Assembly (NCBI GenBank): GCA_048939625.1
Contig: JBHLPH010000010.1
Location: forward strand, 9,943-73,942
Origin: Promethearchaeota archaeon
GTDB taxonomy: Archaea; Asgardarchaeota; Hermodarchaeia; Hermodarchaeales; Hermodarchaeaceae
Direction of reading: 5' to 3'
DNA: 64,000 bases
Under the pieces are notes generated by a model that was not told where the DNA came from, searched no databases, and was given only the letters and a program-made list of their open reading frames with translations. Of the stretch, positions 19,137-28,603 are shown in pieces; position 1 is the first letter of the stretch; each line of letters begins with the position of its first letter. Position numbers and translations under genes: made by a program.

Positions 19137-20075
19137 ATGGGTAAAGGCTCAGGCTTTGGTAAAACAATTCTTTTTGGTGAACACTTCGTTGTTTATGGAT
19201 TTCCCGCGATCGCAGCGGCAATCGGATCCACAACGACCGCGATTGTACGAAGAACACCCGAGCCAGGATGGTCATTAAAGGATAATCGTCCTGCAGTTCC
19301 TGGGTATAAGAAAAAGAAAAAAGATGAACAAAAGGCGTCCATTGAGAATATTCTTCGGTTCGCTGACATCAATCTCGATGAAGCAGGGATTACAATCACC
19401 TTAGGCGGAAAATTAGTTTGTGCGAGTGGCATTGGAGCAAGTGCGGCTAGCTGTACAGCTATTGCCCGTGCACTCAACGATGAATTTCGCTTAGGCTGGG
19501 ATGACAACCAAGTAAATGCTTGTGCTTTTGAAGGCGAAAAAGGCTATCACGGAACCCCAAGTGGTATCGATAATACAGCAGCCACCTTTGGCGGCATTGT
19601 TTGGTATAAACGCGATCCCAGTGGTGGTGCTCCAACAATTGAGACCATCAAAATGAAAGCACCGACCGACATCGTAATTGCTAGCACTGGGATCACGGCT
19701 AGTACTAAGGAAGTAGTTGCAGATGTCCGCCAAATGAAAGACGAGAAAGGTAACTGGTTTAATCAAATCACCGAGGACTATCTTGACATTGTAAACACAG
19801 CTAGACAAGCCCTAATTGATAATGACCTCCAGCTTGTTGGTCTGTTGATGAACCAGAACCATAATCTTCTCATTGAAATTGGAGTCTCGTGCGTGGAATT
19901 AGAGGAGCTTGTGGGTGTGTCCCGTCAAGCAGGAGCATGGGGCGCAAAATTGACGGGAACAGGGCGGGGAGGAAATATGGTTGCTTTAACCCCAGGTCGA
20001 GAGTTGCAAAACAACATCTTTGGCGCAGTCAAACAACGTGGGTTCTCGGCTTGGCGGTACCAGATTGGCGTATAA
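19137..20075 (+). CDS. mvk: Mevalonate kinase
   Basis: GK.ILFGEH.VVYG.PAIA, SGIGASAA, HGTPSGID, GAKLTG.G.GG (GHMP motifs). Confidence 0.93.
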   Translation: MGKGSGFGKTILFGEHFVVYGFPAIAAAIGSTTTAIVRRTPEPGWSLKDNRPAVPGYKKKKKDEQKASIENILRFADINLDEAGITITLGGKLVCASGIGASAASCTAIARALNDEFRLGWDDNQVNACAFEGEKGYHGTPSGIDNTAATFGGIVWYKRDPSGGAPTIETIKMKAPTDIVIASTGITASTKEVVADVRQMKDEKGNWFNQITEDYLDIVNTARQALIDNDLQLVGLLMNQNHNLLIEIGVSCVELEELVGVSRQAGAWGAKLTGTGRGGNMVALTPGRELQNNIFGAVKQRGFSAWRYQIGV

Positions 20076-20096
20076 AAAATTATGAGGTGAAAGGTA

Positions 20097-21404
20097 ATGG
20101 GTTTACGTGACCATTTAGCGAAACTTGACAAAGAAGGCACCCTTCTTAAAATAGCTAAACCGGTGTCTAAACGCCTTGAAGCCAGTGGTATTCTCAAGGC
20201 GGTAGAACCTCGACCGGTTCTCTTTGAAAATGTCAAAGATTCAGATTACCGGATAATGGGAAACCTGTTTTGTAGTAAAGAAAGTGTAGCTAACTATCTA
20301 GGAATTTCAACCAACGAGATAATTCCTACCCTAAGCAAAGCCATTGAAGAGCGGTCAGTTCCTGAAGAAATTCAAGATGCTCCCTGCCAAGAGGTCGTTG
20401 AAACGGATGTTGACCTTGATAAAATTCCTATCATCTTTCATAACGAACGTGATGGGGGACCTTATATCTCTTCAGCTGTCGTCGTCGTTACTCATCCTAA
20501 ATTTGGTCAGAATCTTGACTTCCATCGTGCAATGCAAATCAAAAAAGATATGATGAGCACTCGGGTCGTTGCCAAACGCAATTTTCATACATTCTTAGAA
20601 GACATTGGCGAAGTCAATGTCGCCTTTTGTATTGGCAATGCACCAAACGTTCTTGTTGCTGCGGCCACAAGTGTAGAAATCGGAATAAATGAATTAGAAA
20701 TCGCAAATGCCCTTGAACCAATACGCGTTGTCAAGGCTAAGACCTCTGATTTACTCATACCGGCTGATTGCGAGTGGGTAATTGAGGGCAAGGTGTATCG
20801 GGATAAACGTCATGACGAAGGACCTTTCATTGATTTAACTGAGACTTATGATGTAATCCGTAACGAGCCGATATTCGAAGTCAGCTGTATCACGCATCGA
20901 AAGGACGCAATCTGGCAGGCCCTTCTCCCTGGTGCTTTTGAACATAAACTACTCATGGGCATGCCCCGAGAGCCAACAATCTTCCGAAAAATCAACGAGA
21001 AAGGGGTTCGTTGTCTTGACGTGAATATCAACCCAGGTGGTTGCAGCTGGCTACACGCCATCGTGAAAATTGACAAACAGCGAGAAGAGGATGGCAAATT
21101 AGCAATTCAAGGCGCATTCGAAGGACATACCAGCTGTAAACATGTGTTCGTCGTTGACAAAGACATTGACATCTATGATCCCTTCGATGTTGAATGGGCG
21201 ATGGCAACCCGATTCCAAGGCGATGTCGATATGGTGGTTAAAGACAAAGAACGAGGAAGTAGTTTGGATCCGAGTGCAGAACCTGGCACCTATCTGACTA
21301 CTAAGATCGGGTTTGACCTGACTCATCCTTTGAAGACTGAAGGTAAAAACTTCGCTAAAGCTAGTTTTCCAAAAGTAGACCTCTCCAAATTCCTGAGGGA
21401 GTGA
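20097..21404 (+). CDS. UbiD-family decarboxylase, probable anhydromevalonate phosphate decarboxylase
   Basis: DGGPYI, EGPF.D.T.TYD, VVD.DID, SSLDPS; flanked by mvk and both PMDh subunits. Confidence 0.85.
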   Translation: MGLRDHLAKLDKEGTLLKIAKPVSKRLEASGILKAVEPRPVLFENVKDSDYRIMGNLFCSKESVANYLGISTNEIIPTLSKAIEERSVPEEIQDAPCQEVVETDVDLDKIPIIFHNERDGGPYISSAVVVVTHPKFGQNLDFHRAMQIKKDMMSTRVVAKRNFHTFLEDIGEVNVAFCIGNAPNVLVAAATSVEIGINELEIANALEPIRVVKAKTSDLLIPADCEWVIEGKVYRDKRHDEGPFIDLTETYDVIRNEPIFEVSCITHRKDAIWQALLPGAFEHKLLMGMPREPTIFRKINEKGVRCLDVNINPGGCSWLHAIVKIDKQREEDGKLAIQGAFEGHTSCKHVFVVDKDIDIYDPFDVEWAMATRFQGDVDMVVKDKERGSSLDPSAEPGTYLTTKIGFDLTHPLKTEGKNFAKASFPKVDLSKFLRE

Positions 21405-22603
21405 AAGATAGAATGAAGTTATCTACCCTGCAAATGGAGATGCTCAATGGAAAGCATGGGCTTGCGAGCCAAAAGAGCATGGAAATCCTCAATGCACTTG
21501 GCGAAATTTTTGGTGCCAAGACGATGGTGCCTGTTACCTCCGTTCAAATTGCTGGCGTCAGTTATGCAAATCTCGGCGAGCCAGGTCTCGATTGGCTTGC
21601 GCAGATGGCGGAAGATGGACGGGTTCGTGTACTAACCACTCTAAATCCGGCAGGTATGGACTTGGAGAACTGGAAGGTCTTAGGTATTGATCCTGAATTT
21701 GCGAAAAACCAGGAACGTGTTGTCAACGCTTTTGCCAAGATGGGTATCATTACAACATGTACATGTACACCCTATTTAGTGGGCAATCTTCCTCATTTTG
21801 GTGAACACATTGCTTGGGCTGAGAGTAGTGCAGTTTGTTTTGCCAATTCAGTAATTGGCGCAAAAACAAATCGTGAAGGTGGACCTAGCGCCTTAGCTGC
21901 GGCGCTCACTGGGTACACTCCGAAGTATGGGTATCACTTAGAAGAAAATCGTCACGCTCATATTAGCTTCAAGATTGAACCTAAAATCGAAGGCACCGCC
22001 CAGTTTGGTACACTAGGAAAGGCTATTGGAGATATCTTAGATTCAAAAACTGAATGGACAATTCCTTACATTACTGGAATTCCCTCCGCGAATACGGATG
22101 AGCTTAAATCCTTCTGTGCTTCAATTGCAACATATGGGGGGACTGCCCTCTTCCATATGGAGGGCTTGACACCGAATAAAACCAAAACACCAAAAGAAAC
22201 CATCACCATCACAGCTGCTCAGTTAAAGGATGCAGAAGAGGAACTCAACGAGGCTGATGCAGCAATTGATTTTGTAAGTATTGGCTGTCCTCATGCCTCA
22301 TTACGCGAAATTCGGTATATCGCTGAACTGGTTGAGAGCAAACAAGTGAAGAAGGAAACTTGGATTACTACTGCGCGCCCTACCAAACAAGTTGCTGACC
22401 GTATGGGCTATACCCAAATCATTGAAGCCGCTGGCATCAAATTTGCTTGCGATACATGTTGTGTTGTAGCTCCAATTAAGGGACGGTTCACCGGGTTATG
22501 TACCGATTCAGCGAAAGGTTGCTACTATGGCCGTGGACGCAATAAATTCCAGACCAAACATTGTACCCTGGAAGAATGTATCGAGGAGGCGTTAACGGAA
22601 TGA
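21401..22603 (+). CDS. Aconitase X large subunit, probable phosphomevalonate dehydratase large subunit
   Basis: TCTCTPY, AWAESSA, GAKTNREGG, IGCPH.S, DTC.VV.P, TDSAK. Confidence 0.88.
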   Translation: MKDRMKLSTLQMEMLNGKHGLASQKSMEILNALGEIFGAKTMVPVTSVQIAGVSYANLGEPGLDWLAQMAEDGRVRVLTTLNPAGMDLENWKVLGIDPEFAKNQERVVNAFAKMGIITTCTCTPYLVGNLPHFGEHIAWAESSAVCFANSVIGAKTNREGGPSALAAALTGYTPKYGYHLEENRHAHISFKIEPKIEGTAQFGTLGKAIGDILDSKTEWTIPYITGIPSANTDELKSFCASIATYGGTALFHMEGLTPNKTKTPKETITITAAQLKDAEEELNEADAAIDFVSIGCPHASLREIRYIAELVESKQVKKETWITTARPTKQVADRMGYTQIIEAAGIKFACDTCCVVAPIKGRFTGLCTDSAKGCYYGRGRNKFQTKHCTLEECIEEALTE

Positions 22604-22995
22604 CCATGAAATTCGAGGGTCGAAAAATATCTCCTGGCAAAGCAAGCGGGGAAGCCTTAGTCACCACTCAAGGCATCTCCTTCTACGGCGGAGTTGACCC
22701 AGAAACCGGAGTTGTCGTTGAAAAAGACCATGAGCTAGAAGGTCAATCCATCACAGGCAAGGTTCTCATCTTTCCCAGCGGAAAAGGATCAACTGTTGGA
22801 TCCTATGTACTCTACCAATTAGCAAAGACCGGTAAGGGACCCGTAGCCATTATTAACCAAGAAACCGAAACTATTGTAGCTGTTGGCTGTATTATCAGTG
22901 AGATACCTGCAATCGATAAAATCCCAATCAACAAAATCTCAACGGGTCAACAACTTCGCGTTGATGCGACGAACGGATTGGTCGAAGTCATCTAA
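22600..22995 (+). CDS. Aconitase X swivel (DUF126) subunit, probable phosphomevalonate dehydratase small subunit
   Basis: ISFYGGVDP.TG, GKGSTVGSY. Confidence 0.88.
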   Translation: MTMKFEGRKISPGKASGEALVTTQGISFYGGVDPETGVVVEKDHELEGQSITGKVLIFPSGKGSTVGSYVLYQLAKTGKGPVAIINQETETIVAVGCIISEIPAIDKIPINKISTGQQLRVDATNGLVEVI

Positions 22996-23052
22996 TCTAC
23001 TATAACTAATCCGAATCAATAGAACGCCATTGCCACCTCGGAGGGACAATCC

Positions 23053-24201
23053 TTGGCAAAAACACGATCTAAAACAGAATCGAAACAAAAAGAGAAACTC
23101 ACCGAAAGTCGAAAACTGGATCATATCCGCATTTGCCTAGAGCGCGAAGTAGAATCCAGTATCCCTACCGGCTTTGATGATATTACGCTCATCCATAATG
23201 CTGTCCCAGAACTGAATCTCGAGGATGTTGATATCCAAACCTCCTTCCTTGGGCACAAACTTCAAGCTCCCATCATGATAACGGCTATGACTGGAGGACA
23301 TCAAGAAGCACTCCCAATTAACAAACACATTGCTCAGGCTGTGGAAAAATTGGGGTTAGCGATGGGTGTTGGTAGCCAGCGTGCTGCCATCGAAGACATC
23401 TCCTTGGCTGATTCTTTTACTATCACTCGAGAAGTCGCCCCAACGGCATTTCTTGTCGGTAATATTGGAGCGCCTCAACTCTCACTTGGCTGGGGCGTTG
23501 ACGAAGTCCAAAAAGCAATTGACATGATCAAGGCAAATGCCGTAGCCATTCATTTCAATGCCACGCAGGAAGCGGTGCAACCGGAAGGTGAGGCCAATTT
23601 TGCTGGAGTGCTTCAATCGATAAAAACTCTCAGTGCTGAGATATCGACCCCGGTTATTGCAAAAGAAACTGGGGCTGGGCTGAGTCAGAGTACAGCCACG
23701 GTCTTGATGGCTGCTGGGGTAAAAGCACTGGATGTTGCGGGTTTAGGGGGCACTAGCTGGCCAGCTGTAGAAGTGGAACGCGCCAAACCAGGGGATGTCT
23801 TGAAAGCGACACTGGGTCGATGGTTCACCAACTGGGGAATTCCAACAGCTGTAGCTACCTTTGAAGTAGCATATGCAGTAAAGAAGCGGGTTCCCATTAT
23901 CGCTTCGGGTGGGATACGTACGGGTATAGATGTTGCGAAAGCAATTGCTATTGGAGCGAACCTAGTGGGAGTGGCTCTTCCAGCTTTATCCCCCGCTATT
24001 CTCGATGCGAAAGCAGTGCAATTGTACTTAGAGAGTCTTATTCAGGGATTAAAAGCTGCGATGTTTCTTGTTGGTGCAGCCAATCTTAAAGAGCTCTCGC
24101 AAGCGCCTTTGGTGATTTCAGGACGTACCAGGGAGTGGCTTGAATATCGCGTTTATGAGGACCTCGTTGAATTCAAAGCTGACCGGCGTATTCGCAAGTA
24201 A
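23053..24201 (+). CDS. fni: Type 2 isopentenyl-diphosphate isomerase
   Basis: RK.DHI, AMTGG, GVGSQR, QPEG, KETG.G, GGTSW, WGIPT, SGGIRTG.D. Confidence 0.95.
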   Translation: MAKTRSKTESKQKEKLTESRKLDHIRICLEREVESSIPTGFDDITLIHNAVPELNLEDVDIQTSFLGHKLQAPIMITAMTGGHQEALPINKHIAQAVEKLGLAMGVGSQRAAIEDISLADSFTITREVAPTAFLVGNIGAPQLSLGWGVDEVQKAIDMIKANAVAIHFNATQEAVQPEGEANFAGVLQSIKTLSAEISTPVIAKETGAGLSQSTATVLMAAGVKALDVAGLGGTSWPAVEVERAKPGDVLKATLGRWFTNWGIPTAVATFEVAYAVKKRVPIIASGGIRTGIDVAKAIAIGANLVGVALPALSPAILDAKAVQLYLESLIQGLKAAMFLVGAANLKELSQAPLVISGRTREWLEYRVYEDLVEFKADRRIRK

Positions 24202-24311
24202 TTTTCGTCTATTGGGGCTGTGAGAAGAAAAAGCTTTAAATGCCGTGTTGTTTGCTACTCTGTCGCCACAGCCACGGGTCGTTTAATTACTGGCTGCTGG
24301 CCTCGACAAGA

Positions 24312-24333
24312 CCCGATGAATACCCATGAGGTG
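24312..24333 (+). promoter_or_regulatory. K-turn in the L7Ae 5' UTR overlapping the Shine-Dalgarno
   Basis: CC-GAU-GA-AU[ACCC]AU-GA-GG geometry; SD GAGGUG at 24328-33. Confidence 0.7.
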
Positions 24334-24339
24334 TTCTTG

Positions 24340-24708
24340 TTGTCAAAACCACATGTCAAATTTACTGCACCCAAAGAATTGCAAGACATTGCATATGAAA
24401 TAATTGAGATTGCTCGGGATACTGGTAAGGTTCGAAAAGGGACCAACGAAACTACCAAAGCCGTTGAACGAGCAATTGCGAAATTCGTTGTTGTTGCTGA
24501 AGATGTAGATCCTCCGGAAATCATCTTTCATCTTCCTGTTATGTGTGAAGAAAAGAACATACCCTACATCTACGTCGCCAGTAAAAACAAGGTAGGGACC
24601 TCCCTCGGTATCGATGTTCCTTCGGCCTCTGCTGCAATAATTGATGCGGGTGATGCACAGAAACTCATCGATGACCTCGCGAAAAAATTGAAAGACCTTC
24701 AAAAATAA
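24340..24708 (+). CDS. rpl7ae: 50S ribosomal protein L7Ae (eL8)
   Basis: [28 protein letters not shown]; TTG start 6 nt after GAGGTG. Confidence 0.96.
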   Translation: MSKPHVKFTAPKELQDIAYEIIEIARDTGKVRKGTNETTKAVERAIAKFVVVAEDVDPPEIIFHLPVMCEEKNIPYIYVASKNKVGTSLGIDVPSASAAIIDAGDAQKLIDDLAKKLKDLQK

Positions 24709-24733
24709 ACACCATCCAATAGGTGACAAATAA

Positions 24734-24949
24734 ATGAGTTCAGAAGACGCGGGCATTCCAGCCGAAGTAGTTCAGGTCGTAGGACGAACTGGACTCACAG
24801 GAGAAATCATTCAGGTACGTGTCCGTGTATTAGAAGGTCGTGATCAAGGACGCATTCTTACTCGGAACGTCAAAGGCCCAATTCGTGAAGGCGATATTCT
24901 CGTTCTTCGTGAAACTGAACGCGAGGCACGGAAAATCCGAACTCCCTAG
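24734..24949 (+). CDS. rps28e: 30S ribosomal protein eS28
   Basis: GRTG..G, RNVKGP.REGDIL.L.ETEREA. Confidence 0.97.
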   Translation: MSSEDAGIPAEVVQVVGRTGLTGEIIQVRVRVLEGRDQGRILTRNVKGPIREGDILVLRETEREARKIRTP

Positions 24950-24972
24950 AATTAGGTAAGCTGGGAAAATAA

Positions 24973-25350
24973 ATGGTCAAAAAATACACATGCACTTTCT
25001 GTGGCACGGATGTAGAGCCAGGCACAGGATCGGTCTTTGTAAAAAATGATGGAACCCTATTTTACCTGTGTTCAAGTAAGTGCCGACGTAATCAACTAAT
25101 TTTGAAACGAACGGCACGACGTCTTAAGTGGACAGAAGTTTATGAGGAGCGGATTCGTCGCCGGTCCCAAGCCACGAAAAGGAAAAAGGCGAAATCCAAG
25201 CCTAAAGCTAAAGCCAAGGTTAAGAAAGAGACGAAAGCGCCTGCAAAGAAGAAAGCCGCACCAAAATCCAAGTCTAAGAAAGAAACAAAAGCTCCATCTG
25301 AGAAACCAGCGAAAAAATCCAAACCCAAATCTAAATCCAAGAAAGAATAA
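24973..25350 (+). CDS. rpl24e: 50S ribosomal protein eL24 with Lys-rich tail
   Basis: C.FCG..VEPGTG, CSSKC, R.LKWT. Confidence 0.95.
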   Translation: MVKKYTCTFCGTDVEPGTGSVFVKNDGTLFYLCSSKCRRNQLILKRTARRLKWTEVYEERIRRRSQATKRKKAKSKPKAKAKVKKETKAPAKKKAAPKSKSKKETKAPSEKPAKKSKPKSKSKKE

Positions 25351-25406
25351 CTTCAAGACCGCTTTCCGCTAGTTTGGTGCTTCTTTTCCTAAGATCCGAG
25401 GACGTA

Positions 25407-26075
25407 TTAGGTCTTATCACGGTCTAAATCCATGTTTCCCAAGATTGCATTCGCCAGATTATTCAAATCTTGTTCTGTCCAATCTGGACATTCGTCAATG
25501 AGTAATTCAGCGATCTCTGATTTGTAGGTGTCTCGATTCATGTATTCTAGTGCGTATTCCTGGCAGATCTGTCGAATTTGTTCAGTTGCAATCACAGGCG
25601 TTTCCACCCATTTAGTGATATAAGCCTCAATCGCCTCTCGCCCATCCTGTTCGAGGTTGAGTTGGGCTTCTTCTTGCCAGAGTGCTATTTCCTTTTTTGC
25701 ATTGATGGGCTCATCAGAAGCATGGGCAACATTGACTCCTCCAACAATACCATATTTGCCACGAAGGCTCTCTGGATCGGCTTTTTCTACAAACGTAGCT
25801 CCCAAGACTTCTCGAAGCCGGGACACGATATTTTCACCTTCTAAGACCGTAGCGACGACATTACCCACTTCGATGAATTGCAGCAACCAGGGGTAGAAGA
25901 ACTTTCCCTCATGAATCGCATAATGCTTCTCGGCAAGATGGTGCGAGACTGGGATCTCAAGAAATCCTTTGAACACTACATCAGGGAGAGCACTGAGGAT
26001 TTGTTCAAAGACCGCAGCACCTACTCCTCTCCGCATTGTAGAATCCGGTTTGAGGATAAGAAGAGTCTGTTCCAT
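25407..26075 (-). CDS. ndk: Nucleoside diphosphate kinase with C-terminal extension
   Basis: TLLILKPD, HY..H.GK.F, LRG, NVAHASD catalytic His; start placed at MEQTL. Confidence 0.88.
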   Translation of the reverse strand: MEQTLLILKPDSTMRRGVGAAVFEQILSALPDVVFKGFLEIPVSHHLAEKHYAIHEGKFFYPWLLQFIEVGNVVATVLEGENIVSRLREVLGATFVEKADPESLRGKYGIVGGVNVAHASDEPINAKKEIALWQEEAQLNLEQDGREAIEAYITKWVETPVIATEQIRQICQEYALEYMNRDTYKSEIAELLIDECPDWTEQDLNNLANAILGNMDLDRDKT

Positions 26076-26230
26076 TTCAAACGCCTCGTGAAGGCACAAA
26101 TCAGTTTACACACAAAAACCTTCCCTCAGCTAAAAATCTGGTTGGGCTTTTAGTTCCAGTGACATAAGCCTTAAATATCGTAGACCAGTCGATGCCAATG
26201 ACAGCCCTATGTTGTTGTTCTTGAAGGACG

Positions 26231-28021
26231 GTGTCGAGGATGCCGATTCGCCAACCTATTGTTACCATGTTGGGTCATATCGACACAGGCAAGACCAGTC
26301 TCCTTGATAAAATTCGCGGTACTGGCGTCCAGGCACGTGAAGCAGGAGGTATCACTCAACAAATCGGGGCAAGCTTCTTTCCCCTATCTACGGTAAGTGA
26401 ACTCGTTGGTCCACTGATGAAATCGCTCAAACGGGAAATCAATCTTCCTGGATTACTTATCATCGATACTCCCGGGCATGCAGCTTTTTTTAATCTGCGT
26501 AAACGCGGGGGAGCTGTAGCTGATATTGCTATTCTGGTAGTAGATATTGTCGACGGTCTACAACCACAAACCTATGAGTCAATCCGAATTCTCCGAGCAC
26601 GAAAAACTCCCTTTCTGATTGCCCTGAACAAAGTGGATAGGTTACCGGGATGGAAACCCCAAAATACGTGGGTCATTTCTCAATCGATTACTAGCCAATC
26701 TGAGTACGTCAAGAGCGAGCTTGATAACAAAATCTACGAAGTTATGGGAGAATTATCGCGGGAAAATATCCAATCTGATCGGTATGATCGTATCACCGAC
26801 TTTGCAAAAACAGTGGCCATTGTACCAACCAGTGCAAAGACCGGTGAAGGGCTGTCTGAATTACTACTCGTCCTTGTTGGGTTAGCTCAACAATATCTCG
26901 AGGCGCAATTGCAAACAACAGAAGGCCCAGCGAAAGGGGTTGTGCTTGAAGTTAAAGAAGAACCGGGACTTGGCGTAACCGTTGATACAATCATCTATGA
27001 TGGCGTTCTCAAACACGGTGACACAATTATTGTAGGCGGACTCCAAAAACCCATTGTCACCCATGTCCGTGCCCTTTTGATGCCTAAACCACTTGATGAA
27101 ATCCGGGATCCCCGTGAACGATTCTCGCCCGTAAAAGAAGTTGTAGCAGCTGCTGGTATTAAAATTGCAGCTCCTGAATTGGAAACCGCTATTGCAGGTG
27201 GAGGTCTGTTCGTCGCGAAGACAGAAGAGGAAATCGCCACCATCAAAGAGCGCATAATTCAAGATATGGAAGCTGTGCGTTTTGAAACCGATAAAATCGG
27301 TGTTCTCCTCAAAGCAGATACTCTAGGCTCGCTAGAAGCCCTAATCGAATACCTCAAAGAACGGGAAATCCCAATTCGTCGAGCAGATATCGGGGATATC
27401 TCAAAAAAGGAAGTTAAGGCCATCTCAACAGTCTATGAACACGATCCCTTTGTAGGGGTTATTCTCGCTTTCAATGTCCGTCCCCTACCTGATGCCGCTA
27501 GTGAAGCCGACACCTTGGGAGTTCCCATCTTCCAAAGTCAAATCATCTACGACCTAGTTGATCAATACGAGAATTGGGTAGCAGATAAGCGGCAGAAACT
27601 TGAAGAGGCCATGCTTGAGGAGCTCATCTTCCCCGGCAAATTCGAAATCCTTCCCGGTTATATTTTCCGCCAAAGCAATCCCGCGGTTGTTGGAGTTAAA
27701 GTAATTGCCGGACGAATTAGTGCGAAAAGCAACCTCATCACTCCTGAGAATCGGCGCATCGGCTCAATCCAACAAATTCAAGATAAAGGTGAAACTATAC
27801 CTGTTGCCCGGATAGGCGCTGAAGTTGCGGTTTCAATTCGTGGAGCCACTGTCGGGCGACAAATAGACGAAGGCGACATCCTCTATATTGACCTGCCCGA
27901 AGGAATGGTAATCCGACTCAACCAAGAATTCAAGGATCAACTCTCTGCAGATGAACAGGAATTATTGCAAGAATTCCTAGAACTCAAAAGAAAACATGTG
28001 CAACCATTTTGGGGCGTCTGA
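26231..28021 (+). CDS. infB: Translation initiation factor aIF5B (IF-2)
   Basis: RQPIV..LGH.D.GKT, GGITQQIGA, IDTPGH, NKVD, ADTLGSLEAL. Confidence 0.97.
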   Translation: MSRMPIRQPIVTMLGHIDTGKTSLLDKIRGTGVQAREAGGITQQIGASFFPLSTVSELVGPLMKSLKREINLPGLLIIDTPGHAAFFNLRKRGGAVADIAILVVDIVDGLQPQTYESIRILRARKTPFLIALNKVDRLPGWKPQNTWVISQSITSQSEYVKSELDNKIYEVMGELSRENIQSDRYDRITDFAKTVAIVPTSAKTGEGLSELLLVLVGLAQQYLEAQLQTTEGPAKGVVLEVKEEPGLGVTVDTIIYDGVLKHGDTIIVGGLQKPIVTHVRALLMPKPLDEIRDPRERFSPVKEVVAAAGIKIAAPELETAIAGGGLFVAKTEEEIATIKERIIQDMEAVRFETDKIGVLLKADTLGSLEALIEYLKEREIPIRRADIGDISKKEVKAISTVYEHDPFVGVILAFNVRPLPDAASEADTLGVPIFQSQIIYDLVDQYENWVADKRQKLEEAMLEELIFPGKFEILPGYIFRQSNPAVVGVKVIAGRISAKSNLITPENRRIGSIQQIQDKGETIPVARIGAEVAVSIRGATVGRQIDEGDILYIDLPEGMVIRLNQEFKDQLSADEQELLQEFLELKRKHVQPFWGV

Positions 28022-28167
28022 TTTTTTCCCAACTAGTAGATGCTTCTCATCAATCCCTCATTTGACGGTAAGATTCATAAGCCCATATCCCATGCTACGC
28101 ATTAATCTTAGCACACCTCTCTAAGTGGAAGCGATACTCAACGCATAGAATATCTTGAGGTCAAAAT

Positions 28168-28563
28168 ATGACGCGAATTCGATTAGTCATCGGTGATCCC
28201 CAAACAGGAAAGACAATTCAACTAGAACTCAGTGAACAACGTAGTCGCATCCTACAAGGCAAAGTCATTGGCGAAATCGTCGATGGCGATTCCCTAGGAT
28301 TTGGTGGTTACCAATTCAAAATTACAGGCGGCAGTGATGGTACAGGTACACCAATGCGCCCCGATGTACATGGTGCTGTCCGAAAACGCCCTCTCCTATC
28401 AGGTGGCATCGGGTATAAACCCAAAACCTCAGGAGAGCGTCGACGTCGCCGAGTTCGTGGAAACGAAATCACTGATGAAATCGTTCAAGTAAATGCAAAA
28501 GTAATCACTCAAGGACCCAAACCCATCCTTGAATTAATCGAACAAAGCTCCGCCTCCTCATAA
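28168..28563 (+). CDS. rps6e: 30S ribosomal protein eS6
   Basis: DP.TG, ITGGSD..G.PM, GERRRRRVRG. Confidence 0.95.
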   Translation: MTRIRLVIGDPQTGKTIQLELSEQRSRILQGKVIGEIVDGDSLGFGGYQFKITGGSDGTGTPMRPDVHGAVRKRPLLSGGIGYKPKTSGERRRRRVRGNEITDEIVQVNAKVITQGPKPILELIEQSSASS

Positions 28564-28603
28564 GAATTATACACAGAAGCAGCACAAGAGATGACGATCC
28601 AAT

